Part shown: piece after piece, positions 43,940 to 53,420 of the stretch
Layout: each line of letters opens with the position of its first letter
Numbering within the stretch: the stretch's first letter is position 1
Assembly: GCA_019347895.1 (NCBI GenBank)
Contig: JAHWKM010000002.1
Coordinates: 8,565-72,564, forward strand
DNA: 64,000 bases
Reading direction: 5' to 3'
DNA from: Candidatus Parcubacteria bacterium
Lineage (GTDB): Bacteria; Patescibacteriota; Saccharimonadia; Saccharimonadales; 2-12-FULL-41-12
The notes under the pieces: model-generated
The model's database searches: none
What the model saw: only the letters and a program-made list of their open reading frames with translations
What the model was told of the DNA's origin: nothing
Translations under genes and position numbers: made by a program

Positions 43940-45070
43940 ATGATGGCGGTAACAAGCGAAAGAAAATTAAGAAATGAGCTAAAATCGACTAGCGATAATG
44001 TACAATCAATAAAGTTAAATATGAAGCAACGAATACTTACTGACAGCCGAGTGGAAAACATATTGCCGCTCAGCAGTCCAAACCAAATTATTGGCGAGAT
44101 ACCGCAGTCGGAGCAGTCCGCTCAAACGGTCATAGAGGGCCGGGATGCTATAAAAGAAATTATTTACGGCAACAGTAAGCGCCTGTTGGTTATTGTCGGG
44201 CCTTGCTCCATCCATGATGAGCAAGCTGCTTTGGAATATGCGCAGTGGCTAAGCGCACAAAAGACGAAGTATGCCGGCGAGCTGGAGCTGGTAATGCGGA
44301 CTTACCTGGAAAAACCCCGGACTACTATCGGCTGGAAGGGCATAATAAACGACCCGCATTTAGACGATAGTTTTGACATGGAAACCGGTCTTCGTCTCTC
44401 CAGGCGGCTGCTGCATAAAATCACAGAGATAGGTGTGCCTGTTTCAACCGAACTTTTAGATCTTAGAACGCCGCAATACACGGCTGATTTGGTTTCGTGG
44501 GGCGCAATCGGGGCGCGCACCATAGAAAGCCAGCTGCACCGCGAGCTAGCCTCCGGGGTGTCATTTCCAATTGGTTTTAAGAATGGTACCAGCGGTGATA
44601 TCCAGACGGCTATTGACGCCATGGGTTCGGCTGAGACAAAACATAGTTTCATTGGGATAGATATGGACGGGCAAACGGCGGTTATAAAAACTAAGGGCAA
44701 CCGCGACACGCATTTAATACTGCGCGGCGGCAAAAACAAGCCAAATTATGACAATGCCAGCGTAGCCAGCGCCGTGGAAATGCTTAATACCGCCGGACAA
44801 AAACCGAGAGTCATGATAGATTGTTCGCACGGCAATTCAGGCAAAGATTACAAAAAACAACCAGATGTAGCCCAAAACATTGCTGAGCAAATTAAAAACG
44901 GCAACTCTAATATCTGCGGCGTAATGATTGAAAGCAACCTGGTAGAAGGCAATCAGAAAATGGGCGGGAAGCTGGTTTACGGCCAAAGCATCACCGATGC
45001 CTGCGCCGGCTTAGATTCAAGCGAACAAATGCTACAGATCCTGGTAAACTCTATAAAATCCCGCCGCTAA
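43940..45070 (+). CDS. 3-deoxy-7-phosphoheptulonate (DAHP) synthase, class I (AroF/G/H family)
   Basis: 376 aa. LLVIVGPCSIHD, KPRTTIGWKGIINDP, IGARTIESQ and MIDCSHGNS motifs. Confidence 0.9.
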   Translation: MMAVTSERKLRNELKSTSDNVQSIKLNMKQRILTDSRVENILPLSSPNQIIGEIPQSEQSAQTVIEGRDAIKEIIYGNSKRLLVIVGPCSIHDEQAALEYAQWLSAQKTKYAGELELVMRTYLEKPRTTIGWKGIINDPHLDDSFDMETGLRLSRRLLHKITEIGVPVSTELLDLRTPQYTADLVSWGAIGARTIESQLHRELASGVSFPIGFKNGTSGDIQTAIDAMGSAETKHSFIGIDMDGQTAVIKTKGNRDTHLILRGGKNKPNYDNASVASAVEMLNTAGQKPRVMIDCSHGNSGKDYKKQPDVAQNIAEQIKNGNSNICGVMIESNLVEGNQKMGGKLVYGQSITDACAGLDSSEQMLQILVNSIKSRR

Positions 45071-45105
45071 ATCCCAGCCAATAAGAACTAAAAATATAAT
45101 TACTG

Positions 45106-45141
45106 TTCCGTTTTATGGCCGATCGGACACAAAACGGAACA
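45106..45141. repeat. Family D palindrome (GTTCCGTTTT-ATGGCCGATCGGACAC-AAAACGGAAC)
   Basis: Read directly. Lies between the DAHP synthase stop and the pip-like gene, so it could also act as a bidirectional terminator hairpin. Confidence 0.65.
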
Positions 45142-45221
45142 AATTTCTATATTTTGATTGCTCAATATTGCTCCAAACTGAGAGGTGGAGTGTTTCGGAG
45201 AAACTCAGCATTTGAACTATA

Positions 45222-46169
45222 ATGGTTTGTATGGATAAAAAGGGTATAAACAAAGGTATCAATAAAGACGAGTTCACAATTGCCGAACATCGCTTTAAAA
45301 CAAATGACGGCATACATAAACTTTATGTCCAAGAATGGGGCAACCCTGACGGGACTCCTATACTTTTTCTTCATGGAGGCCCTGGTTCAAGATGCAGCGA
45401 TAGGCATAAAATTCCCTATAATCCCAAAAAACATTATGTAATTTTCTTCGATCAGCGTGGCTGCGGACAAAGCCAGCCAAATGCTTCACTAAAGCATAAC
45501 GAGACTAACTATCTGATTGAAGATATGGAGTTGATTAGAAATAAACTAAAACTAAAGTCGTTCTCTATCAATGGCGGTTCTTGGGGCTCGACGCTAGGGC
45601 TTTGTTATGCCATCGCTCATCCAGACCGAGTCATAAGCATGGTGTTAAATGGAGTTTTTCTGGCTACAAAAGCCGAGATAGAATGGTTTGAGCGTGGCGG
45701 TTATAAGCAATTCTTCCCTGAAGTATTTGAATTCTTGGCAACAGGCGTGCCTGATAGCCATTTAAACAATCCCGGTGCATATCACCGCCAGAAATTTATT
45801 ACTGAAGGGAGAAAAGAATCTGCTTACCGCTATAGCGAAGCTGAGCTTAAAGTTCTAAGGCTAAATAACCAATATATTCCGCCGCCATATAGCAATGAAT
45901 ATGATACTACTTATGGTACTCTCATCACTCATTACATGGATAAGGCTTGTTTTATTAAAGAAAATTATATTCTAAAAAATGCCTCAAAATTAACTATGCC
46001 AGTGCATATAGTTCATGGACGCTATGACATGGTTTGCCAACCTATAAACGCCTATAATCTTCATAAAAAACTACCCGAAAGCAATATTTACTGGACTATG
46101 GCCGGGCATGCAGGATCAGACCGCTCGAACTTTGACGTCTTAAGTACGATATATCAATTAATTTATTAA
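45222..46169 (+). CDS. Alpha/beta hydrolase, prolyl aminopeptidase (Pip) family
   Basis: LFLHGGPGS, DQRGCGQS, nucleophile elbow GGSWGS, C-terminal His context. Confidence 0.75.
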   Translation: MVCMDKKGINKGINKDEFTIAEHRFKTNDGIHKLYVQEWGNPDGTPILFLHGGPGSRCSDRHKIPYNPKKHYVIFFDQRGCGQSQPNASLKHNETNYLIEDMELIRNKLKLKSFSINGGSWGSTLGLCYAIAHPDRVISMVLNGVFLATKAEIEWFERGGYKQFFPEVFEFLATGVPDSHLNNPGAYHRQKFITEGRKESAYRYSEAELKVLRLNNQYIPPPYSNEYDTTYGTLITHYMDKACFIKENYILKNASKLTMPVHIVHGRYDMVCQPINAYNLHKKLPESNIYWTMAGHAGSDRSNFDVLSTIYQLIY

Positions 46170-46171
46170 TT

Positions 46172-46942
46172 ATGCTGCAAAAACAAGATCCAAACAAGCC
46201 GCTGTTTGAAGATTTACTTTGGAGTAAGCCGGAGAATAAAAAGTCGGCCGGGAAGCTGCTCATTATCGGCGGTCAGGCTGGCGATTTTATAAATGTTTCA
46301 TCCGCCTATTCATTCGCTAAAGAAGCGGGGGCGGGCACCATCCGGCTAATTTTGCCTGATAGTTTAAAGAAAATAGCCAGAAATATAGAGGGCGTGGAAT
46401 TCGCGCCATCAAATAGCTCGGGAAGTTTTGCTAAATCCGCCTTGGCTAGTTTTTTTGATTTGAGCGAGTGGTCAGACCACGTACTTTTGGCCGGAGACTT
46501 AGGCAAAAATGCCGAGACAACCATTATCTTAGACGGCTTTTTGCTGCGGGGTTCAAGGCCTACTACACTGTCGCAACATATTCTGGAGTCAATAGGTATA
46601 AGTTTTGGCCAGTTGGTAAATATGCCTCTCAATTTAGTAATAGAGCGTAAAATTTTTCAAAAAATTGCTGCGGCAACTGGCAGCCATGTTCCCCTAACTT
46701 CGCTAACTACATACGCGCAAATGGGAGAAATAATAGAAACTATCTCCGCCAAAACTAAAGCCAGCTACACAATTGTTGACGAAGATCACATCTGGTGCGC
46801 GCTAAACGGAGAAGTAATAAGCACCCAAACTAAGCCGGTTGATATTAACGGCTTAAGCGCCTACAGTGCCGTCTGGCTGATGCAAAATCCTAGCAAACCT
46901 TTGGAAGCTCTTGCCGCTGCTGTCTATGAATCAAGAAGGTAG
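46172..46942 (+). CDS. YjeF-C-terminal-like (carbohydrate kinase/NAD(P)HX dehydratase-like) protein, tentative
   Basis: KLLIIGGQAGDFINVSSAYSFAKEAGAG resembles the VLVIGGS..GA..AA.AA.R.GAG N-terminus of that family. The rest is too diverged for me to judge. Confidence 0.3.
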   Translation: MLQKQDPNKPLFEDLLWSKPENKKSAGKLLIIGGQAGDFINVSSAYSFAKEAGAGTIRLILPDSLKKIARNIEGVEFAPSNSSGSFAKSALASFFDLSEWSDHVLLAGDLGKNAETTIILDGFLLRGSRPTTLSQHILESIGISFGQLVNMPLNLVIERKIFQKIAAATGSHVPLTSLTTYAQMGEIIETISAKTKASYTIVDEDHIWCALNGEVISTQTKPVDINGLSAYSAVWLMQNPSKPLEALAAAVYESRR

Positions 46943-47018
46943 TGGTGCCGGGAGGGAGAATCGAACTGTCCCCCACAGCTTTACAGCGGCGGCGGAAGTC
47001 GTTTCATATTCCGAAAGA
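46943..47018 (-). pseudogene. tRNA 3'-end fragment or degenerate tRNA (T-loop, acceptor 3' strand, CCA only)
   Basis: The sense strand ends GTTCGATTCTCCCTCCCGGCACCA, but the T stem is broken (CTGTCCCC in place of CTCCC) and no complementary 5' acceptor strand exists. Confidence 0.4.
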
Positions 47019-47105
47019 TGGTGCCGCAGGTCGGAGTCGAACCGACACGCTATTGCTAGCACGGGATTTTGAGTCCCGCATGTCTACCAATTCCATCACT
47101 GCGGC
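47019..47105 (-). tRNA. tRNA-Leu (anticodon CAA), CCA encoded
   Basis: GCCGCAG...CGGGA-CTCAAAA-TCCCG, long variable arm, GTCGG-TTCGACT-CCGAC, CTGCGGC-A-CCA. Confidence 0.9.
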
Positions 47106-47262
47106 TAAATCTATAGCGTCTACCCCTCCTTCGCTTTAGGCTGCGGAGGGCAGGCAGTTCCCCCATCACCGGCAAGAGATTGTAATAAAATTGTACCACG
47201 CCCACGAGAAGTAATTTTAGGATATAATATAGTAAGCTTATATCACAAGCGGTTATTTTTAT

Positions 47263-48456
47263 ATGGATTCAAACGACAAAACAGATGAGAAGAAAAAAAG
47301 CGAAGCAGCCGCGAATTTGGTTCGAGGCAAGCTGAATAATTTGTATGATTGGGAACCAAATGCTAAAGAAGAAATCAAAGAAGTTAGTGAACTAAAGACA
47401 CATCACGCCAAGCTTTCAGTCCACCAGCAATTTCTCGACCGGCTTAGCAAGTCAGGCCACAGTATGGAAAAAATCCAAACCGCCTGGCATGATTATTATC
47501 AATCGCTTGATGACAAAGGAAAGCATGAAGTTTGGCAGGAGTTTTACGCCGAGCATGAAAAACGCCGCGAAAGTAAAAAAACCGAGCCCAAAGTCGAGCA
47601 ACCCCATCCGGCCCAACCCAAGCAGACTGTAACCTACGGCTATCAACCGCCTAAAACCAGAGTTTCCAACGTCAAAGAAGACCTGCTAAACAAGGTCAGC
47701 CAAAGAGCCAATAAAAGCCGCAAAAATTCTCACGCGCACTCGCTGGCTTTTGGACTGGGGATGGGCTCACTGGTAATTTTTATCCTGCTGTTTAGCTTTT
47801 TTAACGAGCGGTTTATCACGCCGTTTATCCGCCCCAGCCATAATGTCGGCGCTACCTCGATAATAGTTGACCCGACCAGTTCCGGCGACGTCAGCGCGGA
47901 ACCAAAAATCATCATTCCTAAGATCAATATTGAAGCACCGGTAGTTTACGATGAAGAATCCATAGACGAAAAGTCCATACAAAAAGCTCTGGAGCGCGGC
48001 GTCGTGCATTATCCGATTACGCCTGAGCCGGGAGAGAAGGGCAACGCGGTGATTGTCGGCCACTCCAGCAGCAATATATTAAACAGCGGAAAATACAAAT
48101 TTGCCTTTCTGCTGTTGAAAAGCCTGGAAGACGGCGATACTTTTATCGTCCACAAAGACAAAAAACGCTACGTGTACAAAGTTTTTGAGAAATACGTAAC
48201 CTCGCCGGACGACCTTTCGGTATTAGACCCACCGGAGGACGGCCGGCAAGCTATTGTCACATTAATAACCTGCGATCCGCCAGGTTCATCAGCTAACAGG
48301 CTGATAATCCAAGCCGAGCAGATTTTCCCTAGTCCGGAAAATAACGCCAAACCCAGCGCCAAACCCAGCGCCAAACCCGCCCAAGTATCCTCCGAACCGG
48401 CCAAACTACCCAGCAATTCCCCCAGCCTCTGGTCCCGCCTCACCAGCTGGTTGTAA
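47263..48456 (+). CDS. Sortase-family transpeptidase with a long N-terminal extension
   Basis: TM helix at about aa 160-180. AVIVGHSS, VTLITCDPPGS, ANRLII. Pro/Ala/Ser-rich tail. Confidence 0.8.
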   Translation: MDSNDKTDEKKKSEAAANLVRGKLNNLYDWEPNAKEEIKEVSELKTHHAKLSVHQQFLDRLSKSGHSMEKIQTAWHDYYQSLDDKGKHEVWQEFYAEHEKRRESKKTEPKVEQPHPAQPKQTVTYGYQPPKTRVSNVKEDLLNKVSQRANKSRKNSHAHSLAFGLGMGSLVIFILLFSFFNERFITPFIRPSHNVGATSIIVDPTSSGDVSAEPKIIIPKINIEAPVVYDEESIDEKSIQKALERGVVHYPITPEPGEKGNAVIVGHSSSNILNSGKYKFAFLLLKSLEDGDTFIVHKDKKRYVYKVFEKYVTSPDDLSVLDPPEDGRQAIVTLITCDPPGSSANRLIIQAEQIFPSPENNAKPSAKPSAKPAQVSSEPAKLPSNSPSLWSRLTSWL

Positions 48457-48457
48457 T

Positions 48458-48480
48458 GAGAGGGGATGACTTCCCCTCTC
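48458..48480 (+). terminator. Hairpin GAGAGGGGA-TGACT-TCCCCTCTC just after the sortase stop (no T-run)
   Basis: Perfect 9-bp stem read directly. Confidence 0.4.
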
Positions 48481-48758
48481 ATCGTTCGCTCCGCTCACTG
48501 CTCACCCCACAAAGCGGAATCAAGAAACCCGAAATAAATTCGTCTTTCTTTCAGCTTAATATTCTGAAGTCAAAGTAATCTTTTGTAGGAAAAAACTTTA
48601 AGCAATGATATATTATTAGTTACCTTCGCTACGGCGGAGTACTCAACAATAATTTAACTCATATCTCAGTACGCTGGGACAAAGGAGGCAACATGGAATT
48701 AGATTTTTAAATTCGCAATTTGCGAATTTTTTTATTTATTAATACAAGGAGAATAATA

Positions 48759-50219
48759 ATGAGTGTTATTGAAACAACTCCCAACGTAAGAGCCATGGAA
48801 AGCCTTAAGCATGTTGGGTACTCAAATGAAGCAGCGATAGCAGATTTAGTAGACAATTCAATGGATGCGGGTGCCGACCGAGTACATATACAAATTGGCG
48901 CCGATAAAATAGCCATTGTCGATAATGGTAGCGGGATGGACCGGTTTACCCTAGAAGAAGCGATAAAGCTAGGATCAAATACCCAACGAAGTTCTGGTGA
49001 CCTTGGTAAATTTGGAATGGGCTTAGTGACAGCATCTCTTTCCCTCGGCCGGAAATTAACGGTACATACAGAAGATGAAGGTTCGCTAAAGGCATACACG
49101 GTTAAGCAAGACCTTAACTTGATGATTGACAAGAATAAATATTACGCAGATTTAGACGAGAGCGTAAAGATAGGAAAAAGTGGCACTTCAGTCGTAATTC
49201 AGAATCTTGATAATCTAAAGTATAAGCACGAAACGCTGGTGAATAGAGTCAGGGAAGAACTTTCCAGAATCTTTCGACACTATATAAAGGCCGGCAAAAT
49301 TATTAGCGTTAATGGCGAGAAACTGACTGCTTTAGACCCTTTAATGCTCGATGAGGAGGGAGCCGAGCTTTATTCGGATGATACTTATGATGTTAACGGA
49401 AAGATTATTAGAATCCGGGTGGCATTTCTCCCAAAGTTTTCAAAAGAAGAGCAGAAACGCCGAAATGTAAATAGCAGAACACAAGGGTTCTATTTAGTTA
49501 GAAACTCGCGTGAAATTGTGACAGCCAGTACTTTAGGTATGTTTACCCGCGACTGGTGGAATACTCGGATACGAATAGAGGTAATGTTCTCCGATGATCT
49601 CGATGCTGAATTCGGCATTGATTTTACAAAAAGTAAGTTAACACTTAAAAACTCTGTTCGTAATTTAATACACGAGGCAACTCGTAAGCAAATTTCCCAC
49701 TTAATAAACCGTACAAAAAGTACAGCTAAACTTGATGACAAAGAGGCCATAGTAAAGCACAGCGAGAGCGAGCAAACAATTAGACAAAAAAATAAGCTGC
49801 TTATTCTTCCCAAAGGGAATAAGGAAATGAGAGAAACTGCCGGTGGCGCAGCTCGTAAAAAAACGAAGGCTGAAGGTAAAAGCAAAGATAGGCTCAACGT
49901 TTCAAAAACACACGAAGGTAACAAGGATCATCCAGCACGTGGTATCGAAATTCTTGAAGGTCACCATTCACAGTTTGGGCCTATATTTTACTGCTATATG
50001 GTCGGTCAAAAGACCATCGTAGAATGGAACTATGATCATCCATTCTATGAGCGCATGCTGCTAAGATTTAGAGAAGAGAAGGATGTTATTACAGCCCTAG
50101 ACTACCTTGCATATTCTTTTGGTGTTGCAGAAATGACAGTACAGACCGAGGAGTCTCAGGACGTGTTCGGAAATTATCATAGTGTAGCTTCCAGTAACCT
50201 TAGAACACTCTTATCTTAA
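48759..50219 (+). CDS. GHKL-superfamily ATPase (HATPase_c_3, MORC-like), orphan
   Basis: AGGAG SD before the ATG at 48759. N box IADLVDNSMDAGA, G1 box VDNGSGM, G2 box GKFGMGL. AT-rich. No adjacent methylase or nuclease partner. Confidence 0.75.
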   Translation: MSVIETTPNVRAMESLKHVGYSNEAAIADLVDNSMDAGADRVHIQIGADKIAIVDNGSGMDRFTLEEAIKLGSNTQRSSGDLGKFGMGLVTASLSLGRKLTVHTEDEGSLKAYTVKQDLNLMIDKNKYYADLDESVKIGKSGTSVVIQNLDNLKYKHETLVNRVREELSRIFRHYIKAGKIISVNGEKLTALDPLMLDEEGAELYSDDTYDVNGKIIRIRVAFLPKFSKEEQKRRNVNSRTQGFYLVRNSREIVTASTLGMFTRDWWNTRIRIEVMFSDDLDAEFGIDFTKSKLTLKNSVRNLIHEATRKQISHLINRTKSTAKLDDKEAIVKHSESEQTIRQKNKLLILPKGNKEMRETAGGAARKKTKAEGKSKDRLNVSKTHEGNKDHPARGIEILEGHHSQFGPIFYCYMVGQKTIVEWNYDHPFYERMLLRFREEKDVITALDYLAYSFGVAEMTVQTEESQDVFGNYHSVASSNLRTLLS

Positions 50220-50229
50220 GTCTATTAAT

Positions 50230-50477
50230 TTTTGGGGGGTTGGGCATAGAGAGCCGTCCTGATTGACGAGTGTCAAAACAACAATTTTAAGGCTTGGGAG
50301 CTAGCCGAACGAAATCTTTAGAAATTGATAAAGAGAGAGGCCGACTGAAAGGAGTCGCCCAAGCCATTGTTGTTTTTGACAAAGAGACAGTCACGACGGA
50401 TCGACGCCCAATCGGTTTTGGATACTTTTGCCGAGGCAAAAGTATTGATTTGCTTCTTTATCTAAAAGAAGTAGTCT
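50230..50477 (-). repeat. Family B structured repeat, copy 4 (starts at the PEGA-gene stop and abuts the 3' end of the GHKL gene)
   Basis: Reverse complement about 90% alignable with 53177-53390. Carries the GGCCGACTGAAAGGAGTC motif (50339-50356). No family A partner. Confidence 0.65.
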
Positions 50478-51971
50478 CTACTTATCTTCTTCAAACCTTA
50501 AATTAGTCATAAAAAAGCCGGACTTTTTCTTGTCTTTGGTTGAAGCGGAAATGCTGTAAAGTTCGGTGTAGTCGCGGTCGAACATCACCGGCATATTTAC
50601 ATTGGCTGGGATTAGTTTTTGGAAATTAATACCGTTAAAATCAAATACCAGTATCTTGCCGGCACTGCGGGTAAGAAGGCGATGGCCGTCCATCCAGGTA
50701 AGCTCCGCGCCTTTGTCAAGCGGCTGCTTAACTTTGTAGCCGTAGCGTTTTCCCGTTTCTGCATCGTATACGCTGAGGTATTGGCCGCTTTGCGACATGA
50801 TAAAACGCGAGTTTTGCGAAAAGGCAACTTGGCTGATGGCGCCGGTACTCTTGAGCGTCAGCAAAAGGGCATGGTCCAGATTGCTTTTCTCCTTGATGAA
50901 TTCAAGTGGATTTTTATATATGTAAGTTCGTTTTTCGCTCACCACGCCTATAACCGCGTACCAGTTGTCATCAAAACGGGCAAAATCCAACGGAATCTTT
51001 TTATTAACCGGGATCTGGCGCAACAGATGATTTTGTTCATTTTCACGCAAGATTATATCGGCTTGCTTTTTATCCCCCTTAGAAGTTATGGCCATCAGAA
51101 TTTTGTCATCGCCATGAGCTTTGTAGCTAAGTACGTTTGAACCTACCGGCGTGACTTTTTTGCTGGAAACATCAATCCGACGCAAAGTTTTTTTTGCTGT
51201 TTCGTAAATATATAGTTGTTCGACCTTTTTATCATACAAATTCACTAAAGAGGGCTTGATGTTGAGAGTCCGGTTGATATTAAATGATTTTGACGGTTCG
51301 TCGATGTTAATGATCGCGAAATCCTGCCCGCCCTTGAAGCGGTGCAGGACCAGCAAATTCTTATTGTCCGTCGACCATTCTACTAGACTAAGTGTGTGGC
51401 TGCCCTCAGCCGGCGTTAAAAGATTGGCCGGCAGATTGACAGTTTGGGCCGCGGGCTTTTTGTCCCGCCTTTTGGCAAGATCATAGACAGTTAATTTATT
51501 CAGCTGGTTTTTTTCTTGCAAGACAATCCAGCGCCGATCAGGGCTTTGGCTGGCAAAACCAAATGGCTTGGCAGGAGCCAGCAGCTCTTTTGGTGTTAGC
51601 TCATTAAGATACAGGGCAGGGTAGCTAAAGCGTTCGACCTTGCCGCCCTCCAGCTCAAATGTCCGCTGCCAGCTGCGATAGCCCTCTTTAGAAATTTCTA
51701 CCGTATAAATTCCGCCGGGTAACGACAAGCGTGTGTTTGTCGGTTTGTTGTGCGTCAAGCCGTTTAGTTTTATGGTAGCGCCATCCGGCGCGCTGTCCAG
51801 ATACAAGAGGCCATTTTGAATTACCTCGCCGGTCTTGCGGTTATAGTCAAACCCGTAAGCTTGCAATACAAGAATGAAGCTTCCAAAAGCCACTAAAATG
51901 ACCATCAGCGCGTGCCCGATCATTAGGCGTACTTTGCGGTTTCGTTTCTTTTTGGGGTCTAGAAAATCCAT
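50478..51971 (-). CDS. PEGA-domain membrane-anchored protein
   Basis: N-terminal TM helix. PEGA-like segment DSAPDGATIKLNGL...GGIYTVEISKEGYRSW. Long beta-rich C-terminus. Confidence 0.6.
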   Translation of the reverse strand: MDFLDPKKKRNRKVRLMIGHALMVILVAFGSFILVLQAYGFDYNRKTGEVIQNGLLYLDSAPDGATIKLNGLTHNKPTNTRLSLPGGIYTVEISKEGYRSWQRTFELEGGKVERFSYPALYLNELTPKELLAPAKPFGFASQSPDRRWIVLQEKNQLNKLTVYDLAKRRDKKPAAQTVNLPANLLTPAEGSHTLSLVEWSTDNKNLLVLHRFKGGQDFAIINIDEPSKSFNINRTLNIKPSLVNLYDKKVEQLYIYETAKKTLRRIDVSSKKVTPVGSNVLSYKAHGDDKILMAITSKGDKKQADIILRENEQNHLLRQIPVNKKIPLDFARFDDNWYAVIGVVSEKRTYIYKNPLEFIKEKSNLDHALLLTLKSTGAISQVAFSQNSRFIMSQSGQYLSVYDAETGKRYGYKVKQPLDKGAELTWMDGHRLLTRSAGKILVFDFNGINFQKLIPANVNMPVMFDRDYTELYSISASTKDKKKSGFFMTNLRFEEDK

Positions 51972-52095
51972 AGGCAGTTACACCTTTATTATAGTGGAAA
52001 AATTATTGTCTGGTAAGACAGATATTGTTCTGCGGGAACTATATTGTATAATTGACTTTGTAATATATTTAAGATACAAAAATGGAACTAAAGTT

Positions 52096-53154
52096 TTGAG
52101 CGAGCCCAAGAACTACATCGAAATCAATGGTCGCAAGTACGATTCGCGTACTGGCCAGATGATAGGCAGCCACATTCCGCCAGGGACTACTGATAGCAGA
52201 CCGGTGGCTAGCAGATCGATAAACATGGACGGGGTTATTCGCAAGCCTCAGGCTAAAACAAATAATTCGGTTTTTTCGCCGCGTATTAAGCCTGCCAAAC
52301 CTGCCAATGTGGCACGCTCCGTTAAGCCTGCCAAGACTAAGTCTGTGCAAAAATCCACTACGTTAATGCGGCCAGCCGTAAAAAAACCCGAGCATAAGCC
52401 CGCCGTAAAAACACAGGAACACAACCCCCCTGTTATCAAGCATGCACCGGAAGGACGGCTTAAAAGAGCCGGCCAAGTTAAGAAAAGCCCGCACATCAGG
52501 CGGTTTAACGCTTCCCAGCACCGGCCTGAGGTGGTAAAACGACAGGCTCCCATGCATGTAGTCCATCAAAAGCCTGCCGCCCCGCGGGAAGAAAATGTCA
52601 TCCAAAAATCTATTAATGAGTCCATCGACCAGTTTGATCAGGTAATACATGATGCTACATCGCACTTAGAAACATACGTAGAAAAGCACAAGCCGAAAAA
52701 ACCGCGCAAACTGGTGTTTACGGCCGCTAGCTTGTCAGTAATTTTACTTTGCGGCTTGCTGATCTATCAGGCCGTACCAGCCGTAAATGTTAAGCTAGCC
52801 GGCAACAAAGCCGGTTTCTCAGCCGGTTTGCCCGCTTACAGCCCGGCAGGCTATGGCCTTAGTGATAACGTTCAGGCTAGCTCCGGTGAAGTCACGCTAG
52901 CTTACAGCTCGCGCACCGACAGTAAAGGCTACAAAGTGCATCAGCAGCCCAGCAACTGGAACAGCCAGTCCCTAGTGAATAATTTCCTTCTAGCCGAAAA
53001 CAAACCCTACCAGACTTACGAAAACAACGGCAAGACAATCTATATTTATGAAGAAACCAATGCTACCTGGGTAGACGGCGGAATTTGGTACAGAATTGAA
53101 GGCGACGCCAGTCTTACCTCCGACCAACTTTTGCGAATCGCCAACGGCTTGTAA
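52096..53154 (+). CDS. Hypothetical membrane protein, basic Pro/Lys-rich N-terminal half (start uncertain: TTG at 52096 or a downstream ATG)
   Basis: The ORF-track start at 51874 overlaps the convergent PEGA gene and is unlikely. One TM helix (LVFTAASLSVILLCGLLIY) followed by a C-terminal domain. Confidence 0.5.
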   Translation: MSEPKNYIEINGRKYDSRTGQMIGSHIPPGTTDSRPVASRSINMDGVIRKPQAKTNNSVFSPRIKPAKPANVARSVKPAKTKSVQKSTTLMRPAVKKPEHKPAVKTQEHNPPVIKHAPEGRLKRAGQVKKSPHIRRFNASQHRPEVVKRQAPMHVVHQKPAAPREENVIQKSINESIDQFDQVIHDATSHLETYVEKHKPKKPRKLVFTAASLSVILLCGLLIYQAVPAVNVKLAGNKAGFSAGLPAYSPAGYGLSDNVQASSGEVTLAYSSRTDSKGYKVHQQPSNWNSQSLVNNFLLAENKPYQTYENNGKTIYIYEETNATWVDGGIWYRIEGDASLTSDQLLRIANGL

Positions 53155-53390
53155 GTTCTTCCAATGAAGAACCAAATTGCTACTTTTGCGCCGGCAAAAG
53201 TAGCCAAAAGCTCTTGGGCGTCGATCCGTCGTGACTGCCTCATTGTCAAAAGCAACAATGGCTTGGGCGACTCCTTTCAGTCGGCCCAGTCTTTCTATAA
53301 ATTTCATAAGCAAAGACTGGGCTAGCTCCCAAGCCTTAAAATTGTTGTTTTGACACTCGAGGTCAGGACGGCTCTCTATGCCCAAACCCA
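53155..53390 (+). repeat. Family B structured repeat, copy 3 (starts 1 nt after the upstream stop)
   Basis: GTTCTTC-CAAT-GAAGAAC, CTACTTTTGC..GCAAAAGTAG, TTGGGCG..GCCCAA, CCGTC/GACGG, TGTCAAAAGCAACAAT/ATTGTTGTTTTGACA. Confidence 0.65.
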
Positions 53391-53420
53391 AAAATTTGAA
53401 TTATCATTATTTTATTACCT

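Noticed and set aside
46942-47139. ORF 46942-47139 (+).
   Set aside because: It lies antisense over tRNA-Leu(CAA) and the tRNA 3'-end fragment.
50294-50506. ORFs 50294-50506 (+), 52990-53391 (-), 25972-26289 (-), 26087-26287 (-) and 26201-26437 (+) share peptide fragments such as GRLKGVAQAIV..TTDRRP.
   Set aside because: All overlie family B repeat copies. They lack consistent frames and ribosome-binding sites and cross hairpin structures. I treat them as translation artefacts of a structured repeat.
51874-52095. The N-terminal 74 codons of ORF 51874-53154.
   Set aside because: They overlap the 5' end of the convergent PEGA gene and its promoter region. A start at TTG 52096 or a downstream ATG is more plausible.
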